A DNA stretch of 64,000 bases from Octopus bimaculoides (GCF_001194135.2 NC_069009.1:762627-826626), one strand, 5' to 3'. Numbered from the stretch's first letter, positions 12,039 through 25,852 are shown. Notes: generated from the sequence alone by a model not told the origin. Program-made: numbers and translations.

Positions 12039-13280
12039 CTGTAAGAGAATAGAGAATTGATAACAACGTCTGTTGAACTCTTTTCCATCACTGAAAGACG
12101 CAAGCGACCAGTTGTCGTCCGTCCAAAGAATGTGATGCCGTTAAATGGCAAGAATTTCGAAGGAGAAATTCACATACATAATAGTAAAATTAAATATATC
12201 TAATGTTTGAAGAGACGATTGTTTTCTGCTGAAGATGGAGATGAGAAAGGTGACTCATTTAGTTAAAGACCAAGACTAATATTGCAGAATCTTTAACGTG
12301 GCAGGCAAATTGCTCGGTGACATTTTGTGGTTATCTTTAACACTGCCGAGGTCGACATTACCTGTCCTTGTTTCAAGGTCGATAAAATAAGGGCCACTTG
12401 TGCACTGTAGGCTATGTAACGGACTTATTCCCCACCACCCGAAACTACTTCTCTGGTGTCAAATTGTGAAAGCAGTCTCTGAATGTATGGTAATATCTGT
12501 ATAAAGACAAATGAAGAGCTGTGACTTAGGTGGAGTTGGAGGGAAAGCGGGAATGTAGCCAAGGATTCAAGATCTAGAGTATGCATGGGTAAACTGCGGC
12601 CCTCGAATGTTATTGTACGGCTCTCGTCGAATTTTTGGATTACTAATTTCATACTGAAACAAAGAAAATTTCATGCTAAGATAAATGAAATTAAGAAGAA
12701 CTGCAAAAAATTTAGTGTAAAGTCGGCAAGTAATATTTCATGCATATGTGTTGTATCATGCGGTCCTCTCTCCCACTTGGAAATGATACGATGAGGGCCC
12801 ACAATTGACGGAAAGTTGCCCACCCCTGATCTAGAACAATGTGATATATGAACGTGAGGTTGAGAAAAAAAGACTAGTAAACAACGAACGAAATACGATA
12901 AACAACAAAGGAAACATACAAGACCTGATATAAAATGAAAAAAAAAAAACTATGTATTCAGGTAGAAGCAGACTGTGTGTGTGTATGTATGTATTTATGT
13001 ATACATACATATATATNNNNNNNNNNNNNNNNNNNNNNNNNNNNNNNNNNNNNNNNNNNNNNNNNNNNNNNNNNNNNNNNNNNNNNNNNNNNNNNNNNNN
13101 NNNNNNNNNNNNNNNNNNNNNNNNNNNNNNNNNNNNNNNNNNNNNNNNNNNNNNNNNNNNNNNNNNNNNNNNNNNNNNNNNNNNNNNNNNNNNNNNNNNN
13201 NNNNNNNNNNNNNNNNNNNNNNNNNNNNNNNNNNNNNNNNNNNNNNNNNNNNNNNNNTATATATATATATATATATATAC

Positions 13281-13333
<53 letters not shown>

Positions 13334-13474
13334 GAGATAGGCATATATATGTGGTGAGAAAGAGAGAGGCGTAAAAACAGAGATTTATAGATTAATAAAT
13401 CATATATATCTATGTACATCTGTGAATGCATTTAAGATTTTAATCATGAAAGCAAGGTAACAGAATTGGCTTAC

Positions 13475-14100
13475 CTCTTTAATGCCGGCTCCAAATATCA
13501 CTACAATTGTAAGTTTTTCAATATTTGTATACAGTTTAAACACTTGACGCTGATTCGCTTGTTCTCTCTCCTCATATAAGTTTATTGTCTAAAATTGCAG
13601 CTGTATCCGATGAACATACCGAATACACAGCCAACTGTGTATAATTCCTCTCTAAGTGTTTTGTTTTTCAACGTCACACGGCAGTATCTCCTATGGTTGT
13701 ATGTTATTGGATAACGTATGTTATCTGGAAAATACATCCGTTTACTACCTCTTTACCATGAATATTTGTGTAGCCAACTGCATTATATATATATGAGCAA
13801 AAATCTTGAATGGTTCTGAAAAATGGCTGAACGATACTCTTCCATCTTCTACATTGTTTGCTGATTACACTATTTTGAATACGAAGTGGTCAAGCTCTTT
13901 CATGTCCCAGTCAGCACTACAAGAGCAATATATTCACTTATGCATCGCTTACAACATCAATTCTATTAAAAGACGCCGTGTCCTTACCGACATTAGAATG
14001 TTACCCCAAAATACCTCCGCATATAATATCTATTACTCCACTACAGAAAGGTGTTCTTGACATTTCACTGTCTCTCCTAGTCCGAGAAAGACGTTTCTGT
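13475..14100 (-). promoter_or_regulatory. Gene A distal upstream module (putative alternative promoter / non-coding first exon)
   Basis: Ends at gag|gtaagc (donor G at 13474); homologous to 48769-49480; all frames contain stops. Confidence 0.5.
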
Positions 14101-14198
14101 AATTAATTTCTTGCGCAAAAACGTGACGTGCTAGAGTAAAGATAACTGCAGATTCGGAATCAACGCTCCAAAATTACCTATGAGCACCGTGTGTGTGT

Positions 14199-14487
14199 GT
14201 TAGCACTCCGTCGCTTACGACGTTGAGGGTTCCAGTTGATCCGATCAACGGAACAGCCTGCTCGTGAAATTAACGTGCAAGTGGCTGAGCACTCCACAGA
14301 CACGTGTACCCTTAACGTAGTTCTCGGGGATATTCAGCGTGACACAGTGTGACAAGGCTGGCCCTTTGAAATACAGGCACAACAGAAACAGGAAGTAAGA
14401 GTGAGAGAGAAAGTTGTGGTGGAAGAGTACAGCAGGGTTCGCCACCATCCCCTGCCGGAGCCTCGTGGAACTTTAGGCGTTTTCGCT
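14199..14487 (-). mobile_element. SINE family 1, 5'-truncated
   Basis: Body of family 1 without the tRNA head. Confidence 0.88.
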
Positions 14488-14719
14488 TTGAAGCCAATAC
14501 TTATCTCACTCACCGTAAGTACTCTCTTTTTGTCTTTTCCTGCATGTCGTGGTGTTTGATTTGGTTTTAGTTTTATTATTATGATCATTATAATTATTAT
14601 CATTATAATGATTATTATTATTATGAAAAAAAAATCATTATCATCATCATCATCATTATCATCATCATTATTATAGATTAAACTCAGTTTACGAAAAGTT
14701 TAGGTAAGAAAAAAACCAC

Positions 14720-15193
14720 TTTATTCATAAAAATTAAAATATTACATTGCAAGAGAAGCCAACAGTGAATTTTACAGCCGGAAAATATGGAGGGATTATA
14801 ATTTTCAGAATATCTTCAGATATTTTACGTTTCAGGCAATAGTCATGCACCTAGCCTCGTTTAAAATTACATTATTTCAGATTATAGAGTCTCTATGTTG
14901 CGCAACGTTATATCAATAGGCAAAAAATAAAGCGACGTTATATAAAAGTGTGCTTCATGTAATATAAGAAGAAAAATTGAGGCAAAATATGATCTAAGGC
15001 GACTCTTGAAGACACACTCACACACGCACACACACTCACTCACATGTATACTATAGATTATCTGAGAAAGCAAAAATATAAGTATGAAATTGGCCGCTAG
15101 AATATATTTACTGAGTTTAATGTAATATAAGAACATTTTTTGACGTAAACTAAAATCAAAGACTTCTCTTGAAGACATTTTCTTCATTTTCAT
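14720..15193 (-). other. Gene B 3' UTR with AATAAA at 14720-14725
   Basis: Follows the terminal stop; colinear with 53741-54750 in gene C, where AATAAA is at the equivalent position. Confidence 0.6.
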
Positions 15194-15246
15194 TTATGCG
15201 TTCGTTTCTGCTTTTTTACATTCTGTTTCATGATTGGAGATTGAAC
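15194..15246 (-). CDS. Gene B terminal coding exon (SSISNHETECKKAETNA*)
   Basis: Acceptor ttttctcattatgtttccag, identical in gene C; phase 1 matches the donor at 17911. Confidence 0.7.
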
Positions 15247-16662
15247 CTGGAAACATAATGAGAAAACTATATACATATATGTTAATTTTTAGACTCAATA
15301 GTTCACAGTCCTTAAATTTTATACATAACAACAATTGTCATCAACTCTTTTCTCACAAGAGAAAATAATGTTACTACAGAAGAAGTAGGGATGAACACCA
15401 AGGTTTATGTTGAAAAGAGTAATTACACTCACAGGCAATAATAATTTTCGGGAGTACGTTGTAAGATATTAGTAAATATTGGTTCAGGAATATTTTCCAG
15501 AAAAACCGGGCAACTTTATATAAAAAAGATGAACACTTTAGCTCTATTCAGTTAAAGGTTTGCATGGTTGTGTATATACTTTACGTTGGCCTATAGCTGT
15601 ATGTATATTTATTCATTCTGCATTTGTGGTTTAAAATTCTACACTGCTAAATGAGTATTTATTTGGCATATATGTGTGTATACATGGACATGTACGATAT
15701 ATTTCATATTTGCCACGTAAAGCTATGAATTGTATTTCTGATCAGTTACCTTAAGAACAGACGTATTCTGGTACTCGTCTTGGTGCCAGTCACTTTGGAA
15801 GCTGGTTGCCTTACTTTGGCAATAGCTGTATTGTTTATTACAAGGCATCAAATGACCATCAAATACCCACAAACTAAATTCCATACGCATTTTTTTTTTA
15901 CTTGTTTCAGTCTTTTGACTGTGGCCATGCTGGAGCACCGCCTTTAGTTGAGCAAATCGACCCCAGGACTTATTCTTTGGAAGCCTAGTACTTATTCTAT
16001 CGGTCTCTATTGCCGAACCGCTAAGTTACGGGGACATAAACACACCAGCATCGGTTGACAAACACAGACACACAAACACATACACACATACATATATATA
16101 TATATATACATATATACGACGGGCTTCTTTCAGTTTCCGTCTACCAAATCCACTCACAAGGCTTTGGTCGGTCCGAGGCTATAGTAGAAGACACTTGCCG
16201 AAGGTGCCACGCAGTGGCACTGAACCCGGGACCATGTGGTTGGTAAGCAAGCTACTTACCACACAGCCACTCCTACGTCTACATATATTAACTTACTAGT
16301 TTTTGAATCATGCAGCTTGATTGATCCCAGGTTTTAATCTCTTCATCCAACTTTGAAAATTCCTATTTCGTTTTGTTTGTTCATAAATATGTCCGTCTTC
16401 GTACATTGGATAGTATTTCGCCGGCTGACTGAATATCATTCGAGGAAATATGTTGCTTTTGCTATAATGTGGATTTACACAATGCGATATGTAATACGTA
16501 TTGTATTAGAGATAAATAATCAGGTTACTCAAACATGTGAAGTGATGTTTTGAACTATCATTCCTTCATTGTTTACTACACACAAGCACACACGCACATG
16601 CACTCACACGAGCCCACACAAACACGCACGCGCACACACACACATATATACACAGACACACA

Positions 16663-16702
<40 letters not shown>

Positions 16703-16748
16703 ACTATGTACATATACTCTATACATACATGCATATACACACACAGAC

Positions 16749-16780
<32 letters not shown>

Positions 16781-17647
16781 GCATATATATATATATACAT
16801 ATATATATATANNNNNNNNNNNNNNNNNNNNNNNNNNNNNNNNNNNNNNNNNNNNNNNNNNNNNNNNNNNNNNNNNNNNNNNNNNNNNNNNNNNNNNNNN
16901 NNNNNNNNNNNNNNNNNNNNNNNNNNNNNNNNNNNNNNNNNNNNNNNNNNNNNNNNNNNNNNNNNNNNNNNNNNNNNNNNNNNNNNNNNNNNNNNNNNNN
17001 NNNNNNNNNNNNNNNNNNNNNNNNNNNNNNNNNNNNNNNNNNNNNNNNNNNNNNNNNNNNNNNNNNNNNNNNNNNNNNNNNNNNNNNNNNNNNNNNNNNN
17101 NNNNNNNNNNNNNNNNNNNNNNNNNNNNNNNNNNNNNNNNNNNNNNNNNNNNNNNNNNNNNNNNNNNNNNNNNNNNNNNNNNNNNNNNNNNNNNNNNNNN
17201 NNNNNNNNNNNNNNNNNNNNNNNNNNNNNNNNNNNNNNNNNNNNNNNNNNNNNNNNNNNNNNNNNNNNNNNNNNNNNNNNNNNNNNNNNNNNNNNNNNNN
17301 NNNNNNNNNNNNNNNNNNNNNNNNNNNNNNNNNNNNNNNNNNNNNNNNNNNNNNNNNNNNNNNNNNNNNNNNNNNNNNNNNNNNNNNNNNNNNNNNNNNN
17401 NNNNNNNNNNNNNNNNNNNNNNNNNNNNNNNNNNNNNNNNNNNNNNNNNNNNNNNNNNNNNNNNNNNNNNNNNNNNNNNNNNNNNNNNNNNNNNNNNNNN
17501 NNNNNNNNNNNNNNNNNNNNNNNNNNNNNNNNNNNNNNNNNNNNNNNNNNNNNNNNNNNNNNNNNNNNNNNNNNNNNNNNNNNNNNNNNNNNNNNNNNNN
17601 NNNNNNNNNNNNNNNNNNNNNNNNNNNNNNNNNNNNNNNNNNNNNNN

Positions 17648-17702
<55 letters not shown>

Positions 17703-19801
17703 ATATATAGACTACATATAGACACAGAGAGAATATATACTTGTGGTAATGATGATGACGATGATGTTGATGATGAGAGGGGAGTTGATATTGGTGACGA
17801 TGTCTATCCTATGTGTGATGGAGTTGGTGGAAGTTTTGTTTGTGATCATTTCCATCATGACAATATTAGTTTTTGTGGCGGTAGGAATAAGAATCACCGA
17901 ATTATACTTACTTTTGAAAAACTGCCGAGCTTCCATAGGATCCCCTGTTTTTCGTTTACATACGAACAGGCAAACGACATCCCTGGTATCTTTTTTGTAT
18001 ATACAGTAACACATGAAGATGAACATTCCTTGAAGGGTATTGAAGATGGCAAAGAGAAACTGAAACGCTTCAGCAGCTTCACCAAAAGCGAAGAATGCTA
18101 AGATCCAGGGGAATCCAAGAAGGACACACAATCCAAGGATGCCAAAAACACGCACTTTCTTTGTTTTGTGTTCAGCTTGCTTGTCATTTCGCATTGAGTT
18201 AACACGCCACATAACGCAAACAAATATCACCAGGTTGAAGAATAGAATTATCACGACGGGAGCCAGGAGAGCAGCATAGAAAGCTGCGTTGGATAACCAA
18301 CAACTAAAAGAAATAGAAAATTAATCATTTAACTCTGTGTTCTGTATTGAGAAGTATTATGGGCCGAGGGTGGAGGCGCAATGGTCCAGTGGTTATGGCA
18401 GCGGACTCGCGGTCATAGGATCGCGGTTTCGATTCCCAGATCGGGCGTTGTGAGTGTTTATTGAGCGAAAACACCTAATGCTCCACGAGGCTCCGGCAGG
18501 GGATGGTGGCGAACCCTGCTGTTCTCTTTCACCACAACTTTCTCTCACTCTTTCTTCCTGTTGCACCTGTATTTCAAAGGGCCAGCCTTGTCACACTGTG
18601 TCACGCTGAATATCCCCGAGAACTACGTTAAGGGTACACGTGTCTGTGGAGTGCTCAGCGACTTGCACGTTAATTTCACGAGCAGGCTGTTCCGTTGATC
18701 GGATCAACTGGAACCCTCGACGTCGTAAGCGACGGAGTAGCAACAACAACAACAATGGGCCGGGGATTTTGAATTGCGTTGTCTCGCCCATGTTCACGTC
18801 TCTCCTTATTAGGATTACTACCCTAAAGTTTAAAAAACTACGTATAATCTCTCAAGGCTTCCCGTATCTCAACTGTTGTTATCAGTTTTTTGCAGCTGAT
18901 AGCAGTGTTTGGCTAATGAGGTAGGAATTAGGCTATTGGGGGTTAACTGTCGTCTTTGACCCCACCGACTCTATCTTTAGTGCCTCTGCAAAAGCTGCAC
19001 ATTTTTACGTGTATTCAACGCGTAAATAAAGCTAGCAATATTAATTGTGAAGACAACATAAAATTAGGGTATTAACATACATAAACACTTACACATGTTC
19101 AACTCTGTTGTAATTGTTTGTATTATTAATTGCCAGAGTAATTGTGACAATGACAGCAGGAATACCTGACAACGATATTTACAGAAATGAATAAGCATAT
19201 GTAGATGTTAATGAAAATTTATAATAATGAATATATGATATTTGAATAGATGTAGTTGATTATGTCTTGTCCAAAAGAAATCAATATTTTATTTCGTATC
19301 TCACACAGTCACTCTTTGCCGTTTTTTCCTTTGGCTTCTAGAAATAGTTACGACTAACATAGAACTTCGATTCTTCAATCAACTATATGTTTCAGTGGGA
19401 TTGCCGATACTTTCTCTAACATTATAACGAAATAATGGAGAAAAATGAACTGAACACTTACTGGGTTACACTCGTTTAAAGAATTCCAAAAGACCTGATT
19501 TAAAGTGTTTAGTTTATCATGCAGGGTTCAAATCCCATGAAAGTCAATTCTTTCTTTTACCATTTTTTGTTCAATGAAATTAATAAACGAACATTTTCCC
19601 ATCAGGAAATTCTCAACTATAAAACTTTAACACAGACAATATATATTTGAGATAAATAAATGGCTACATAGATAGATACAGAGAGAGAGAGAGAGGTGAG
19701 AGAATGTGTGTGCGCGTGAGAGAGAGGGAGAATGTATGTGTGTTCGTGGGAGAGAGAGAGAGAGAGAGGTAAAATGTATGTGTGCGTGAGAGAGAGAGAG
19801 A

Positions 19802-19860
<59 letters not shown>

Positions 19861-22800
19861 TGTGAGAGAGAGAGAGACAGGTAGAGGGAGAGAAACAGAG
19901 AGAGATAGAGAGAGAGACAGGTAGAGGGAGAGAAACAGAGAGAGATAGAGAGAGACAAACAAACAGAGAGAGACAAACAGACAGAGAGAGACAAACAGAC
20001 ACAGAGAGAGACAAACCGAAAGAGAGAGAGAGACTAACAGACAGACAGAGAGACAGATATATATATAGAGAGGAAGAGGTAAAATTAGCGATAAAATGAG
20101 AGCAAACCATTATACATACCCCAGACCAAAATTGAACTCCTCTTGATAAATGATGACCGAATGGTTTTGAATACAAACAGGCCTAGATAAATATGGAGCG
20201 CTTCTACACTCATCCACATGAAAGATGACAAGAGGGAGTAGTGTAACAGAGCAGCCATTGCCTACAACAACAACAACAACAACAACAATGATATTAATGA
20301 TATCTGACATTGAAGCATGGCTTCGAATATATATTTTGTCGGGGTGGGGTTGAGATATCAGATTTTGAATGATATTTTGTATTATTGAACCCAGTATGTT
20401 GTTGGCACTCCGTCGCTTACGACGTAGAGGGTTCCAGTTGATCCGATCAACGGAACAGCCTGCTCGTGAAATTAATTTACACTAACCACTGGCCGTCACT
20501 GGCTAAATGGAAAAATGCAAAGTCGAGCAACGCAAACATTGAATGTAATATTTAGAGATGTTGGAAGTATTTGGAAAGAGCTTATAGCCTGCGCTCTTAC
20601 TGGATGAAATCTATTTAAAATAATAGATTGTTGTTCGTAAGGTTTATTATAAAATGAAATATTTACTGGTTTAAATGAGTTTTCACTTACCTTACAAACA
20701 GCTGTTAGTTTTGTACTATACTCTTGGAATCCAACAAGAAAGATTAAATAAGTGACAGCTAAAGAAATGCACAAGTTTACTAAAATCTTTGAAGCTATTA
20801 ATTTCCATAGATTTCTGAATTAATAAAAAAAAAGAAAGAATAATATTGCATTTAAATGATATAAACCTAAAAGAATTTTCACAATGCACAAAAAATTAAT
20901 AATTAAAGNNNNNNNNNNNNNNNNNNNNNNNNNNNNNNNNNNNNNNNNNNNNNNNNNNNNNNNNNNNNNNNNNNNNNNNNNNNNNNNNNNNNNNNNNNNN
21001 NNNNNNNNNNNNNNNNNNNNNNNNNNNNNNNNNNNNNNNNNNNNNNNNNNNNNNNNNNNNNNNNNNNNNNNNNNNNNNNNNNNNNNNNNNNNNNNNNNNN
21101 NNNNNNNNNNNNNNNNNNNNNNNNNNNNNNNNNNNNNNNNNNNNNNNNNNNNNNNNNNNNNNNNNNNNNNNNNNNNNNNNNNNNNNNNNNNNNNNNNNNN
21201 NNNNNNNNNNNNNNNNNNNNNNNNNNNNNNNNNNNNNNNNNNNNNNNNNNNNNNNNNNNNNNNNNNNNNNNNNNNNNNNNNNNNNNNNNNNNNNNNNNNN
21301 NNNNNNNNNNNNNNNNNNNNNNNNNNTGTGTTTATATACATATACATATATCTGTTGTTATGTCCTGTTATTTTTATTGTAATTGCGTAAAATTGTTCGT
21401 ATTTTTCCTTCCTTGTTTTTGTATACATTCGCTGCTTTCTTCCAAGGAATCTAATGCTCTTAGCTTAGTTTTTCCTTGGGGCTGGCCAGATTGGAGCAAT
21501 ATCGAGTATAACCAGCCGAAATTGCAAGGATAATCTGGATCTCGACTGATGAAAGGAAACTCCAAATGACCTGTCCTTGTTTTCTCTGTATCGTCTATCT
21601 GGATGTTTTGTTGTCAATCCACTTCTACTCGCTTACAGACATACTATATAACCAAGGTAGGGACCGATATAGTAGTTATAGTAAAGACTACGCTTTTCTG
21701 AATTAACATACAGGACATCCCTCATTCTCTCCCTCTCTGTTTCTTATGTCATCCTTACTGTGAGTTACAAAATTCTGCGCTAAAGCAATCGTCAATCCTT
21801 CATTAAATTTACAACATTCTGGAATTCTCTTCACATCCATCATTTTCCAGCAGACATCAATCAGATATCAAGCTTACTACTCTGTGAGAGACGCCCAAAA
21901 TTGATGGATATCGTTTCTTCGTATTTGAACAGTCTATAAAGAAAATAGAAATTGAAATGCTTACTTGAAATAAGCATGGATTATTACTGTCAGAATGAGA
22001 CAGACAAATGATATTCCACAGCCAACGTTGGAAATAATAGATAAAAGTCGACTATTCGTTTTCTTTCCTTTCTGGTGGGCATCCTGCAATAGTAGAAAGC
22101 AACACTGTATTAACTCCTCCTCCTCCTCCTCTTCCTTTGTTTATATACTAGTCAATAGTTTTATAAATTATGAATGTTCAGACAGGCGGGAGCAATTTTC
22201 TACTAGGAGTGTGTTTTATAGGAATACGTTAGTCGTATAAATAGGAGTATGTTTTTATTTCTATGGGCAGCAGAGGTGTTGTAAAACTGATAAATAATGA
22301 ATACATGTGCATTATTGACACAAACGTTTCAGGCGAATGAGAGGAGAGATCTTGAAACAAAATCATGAAGAGACCAAGAGCGTAATATCTAAGCTGCAAG
22401 CATGTTTATTGTACCATGGAGATCTATTGTATATGAAATCTAAGGAGCACTCCGTCGGTTACGACGACGAGGGTCGCAGATGATACGATCAACGGAACAG
22501 CTTGCTCGTGAAATTAACGTGCAAGTGGCTGAGCAATCCACAGACGCTTGTACCCTTAACGTAGTTCTCAGGGAGATTCAGCGTTACACAGAGTGTGATA
22601 AGGCCGGCCCTTTGAAATACAGGTACTACTCATTTTTGCCAGCTGAGTGGACTGGAGCAACGTGAAATAAAGTGTCTTGCTCAAGGACACAATGCGTCAC
22701 CGGGATCCGAACTCACGACCTTACGATCGTGAGTCGAATGCCCTAACCATTAAGCCACGCGCCTTCACTATACATGAAACGTGTATCTATCACTTAGACT

Positions 22801-23202
22801 GCCATTCGGATAGTTTCGACACAATAGATTTTAAATGAAGGAGAGATGACTGATTCTCTCTGCCTCTTCGCATCTTTGTTGGAGGAATCCGCATGCATTT
22901 AATTGAGAATGGTAGCTGGGTACTCCTAGTAGACACCATTCTGAGTTTAAAGTTATAAATGACAGCCATAGCAACAAGAACAACAGCGACTTATTACAAA
23001 ATATCTACCTCACATATTTTTTTTTTTTACTTGTTTCAGTCATTTTCGACTGCGGCCATGCTGGAGCACCGCCTTTTTAGTCGAGCAAATCGACCCCAGG
23101 ACTTATTCTTTGTAAGCCTGGTACTTATTCTATCGACTCTATTGCCGAACCGCTAAGTGACGGGGACGCAAACACACCAGCATCGATTGTCAAGCAATGC
23201 TA

Positions 23203-23276
<74 letters not shown>

Positions 23277-24215
23277 CATATATACGACGAGCTTCTTTCA
23301 GTTTCCGTCTACCAAATCCACTCACAAGGCTTTGGTCGGCCCGAGGCTATAGTAGAAGACACTTGGCCAAGAATTCCACGCAGTGGGACTGAACCCAGAA
23401 CCATGTGGTTGGTAAGCAAGCTACTTACCATACAGCCACACCTGCGCCTATTTACAAAAATATTTACAAAAATATTCACCAAAATTATGTTTGATACGTG
23501 TTGAAATTATTTATGCATTGACAGAATTGCCAATTTACGAGCAATTAATTATTTGTCGTAATGATACTAACCATTAGTAAGGCAAAACTTGTAAGATGAT
23601 TACAAGAACAAACTACGTTCTCTCCAGATACATCATTGGATGTATTACAGCCTTTTGATGACCAGTGGGGATTCTGTCCAGGGGAGTCATCCCAATAGAC
23701 ACATTGTGGGTTGGTGGCAGTCTGAAAAACAATTTAAATTCTGATATTTTAATCAATTTCTTTATAATTAAAATACATATAATGAATCATTGCTAAACTA
23801 ACAAAAAAGCGGAACAAACAGTGGTTATAAATGTTTAGTTACTATTGACATTAAGAAGCCAACAACACTGTTTGTAATGTAGCTAAAGTGGCCATTCTAT
23901 CTCGTTTATAAATCTATGTATAGTCTCATAATATACACTGTATCAGCATGAGATATTGGATGGGGTAATCATAGACGTATCAGATGAACTACAAATATAT
24001 TTCAGGGTTGGAATATTTCAGCATTGATCTACAGGGATGGCATGAAGGAAAACAAGAATGGTCACCAAATGAAACTTCAAAGAAATTCATGAAATTTAAA
24101 ATCTACAACCACAAATGATTTTGGCAATACACGAATATATTAAAACAATGTACTGGTGATACTAAAAACAGCACCAAAAAAAAAAAAACAGAACGTATAT
24201 CCAACACGCATATTA

Positions 24216-24246
<31 letters not shown>

Positions 24247-25817
24247 AGTAGTAGTAGTAGTAGCTGCCGTGGTACGTGTTTCTCTTGGGAACAGTGTGGT
24301 ATGATCTTGCAATGAAACGAAAGCTACAACAACAGTTTAACAACAGTTATAAATAAAATATATAGTCTATTACCTGGCCTGTTACATTGAATGATATTTT
24401 AACTGGTTCATCAAGGTCGGCTATTTTAACGTTAGGAATATTTGCAGCAATAATACGACTGCCAATTTTAGTAATTGCTTGGGAACTAGAATTTTGTATT
24501 AACTGTAAAGAGAAGTCGTTAGATAAACGAAGTTATTCAGTGGAAAAGTTAGATATATCATTAAAGCAAGAGACCAAACGTTACAGTTGTACTTTTTTGA
24601 CTTACTCAGTTGTTGTTGTTGGCACTCCGTCGCTTACGACGTCGGGGGTTCCAGTTGACCCGATCAACGGAACAGCCTGCTCGTGAAATTAACGTGCAAG
24701 TCGCTGAGCACTCCACAGACACGTGTACCCTTAACGTAGTTCTCAGGGATATTCAGCGTGACACATAGAGTGACAAGGCTGACCCTTTTGAATTACAGGC
24801 ACAACAGAAACAGGAAGTAAGAGTGAGAGAAAGTTGTGGTGAAAGAGTACAGCAGGGTTCACCACCATCCCCTGTCGGAGCCTCGTGGAGCTTTAGGTGT
24901 TTTCGCTCTATAAACNNNNNNNNNNNNNNNNNNNNNNNNNNNNNNNNNNNNNNNNNNNNNNNNNNNNNNNNNNNNNNNNNNNNNNNNNNNNNNNNNNNNN
25001 NNNNNNNNNNNNNNNNNNNNNNNNNNNNNNNNNNNNNNNNNNNNNNNNNNNNNNNNNNNNNNNNNNNNNNNNNNNNNNNNNNNNNNNNNNNNNNNNNNNN
25101 NNNNNNNNNNNNNNNNNNNNNNNNNNNNNNNNNNNNNNNNNNNNNNNNNNNNNNNNNNNNNNNNNNNNNNNNNNNNNNNNNNNNNNNNNNNNNNNNNNNN
25201 NNNNNNNNNNNNNNNNNNNNNNNNNNNNNNNNNNNNNNNNNNNNNNNNNNNNNNNNNNNNNNNNNNNNNNNNNNNNNNNNNNNNNNNNNNNNNNNNNNNN
25301 NNNNNNNNNNNNNNNNNNNNNNNNNNNNNNNNNNNNNNNNNNNNNNNNNNNNNNNNNNNNNNNNNNNNNNNNNNNNNNNNNNNNNNNNNNNNNNNNNNNN
25401 NNNNNNNNNNNNNNNNNNNNNNNNNNNNNNNNNNNNNNNNNNNNNNNNNNNNNNNNNNNNNNNNNNNNNNNNNNNNNNNNNNNNNNNNNNNNNNNNNNNN
25501 NNNNNNNNNNNNNNNNNNNNNNNNNNNNNNNNNNNNNNNNNNNNNNNNNNNNNNNNNNNNNNNNNNNNNNNNNNNNNNNNNNNNNNNNNNNNNNNNNNNN
25601 NNNNNNNNNNNNNNNNNNNNNNNNNNNNNNNNNNNNNNNNNNNNNNNNNNNNNNNNNNNNNNNNNNNNNNNNNNNNNNNNNNNNNNNNNNNNNNNNNNNN
25701 NNNNNNNNNNNNNNNNNNNNNNNNNNNNNNNNNNNNNNNNNNNNNNNNNNNNNNNNNNNNNNNNNNNNNNNNNNNNNNNNNNNNNNNNNNNNNNNNNNNN
25801 NNNNNNNNNNNNNNNNN

Positions 25818-25852
<35 letters not shown>

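Noticed and set aside
12340-12832. Possible hAT element ending aaagttgcccacccctg
   Set aside because: Only one terminal repeat found; left end and TSD not identifiable.
18371-18450. tRNA-like A/B box sequences
   Set aside because: They are SINE heads continuing into SINE bodies; no complete cloverleaf recognised.
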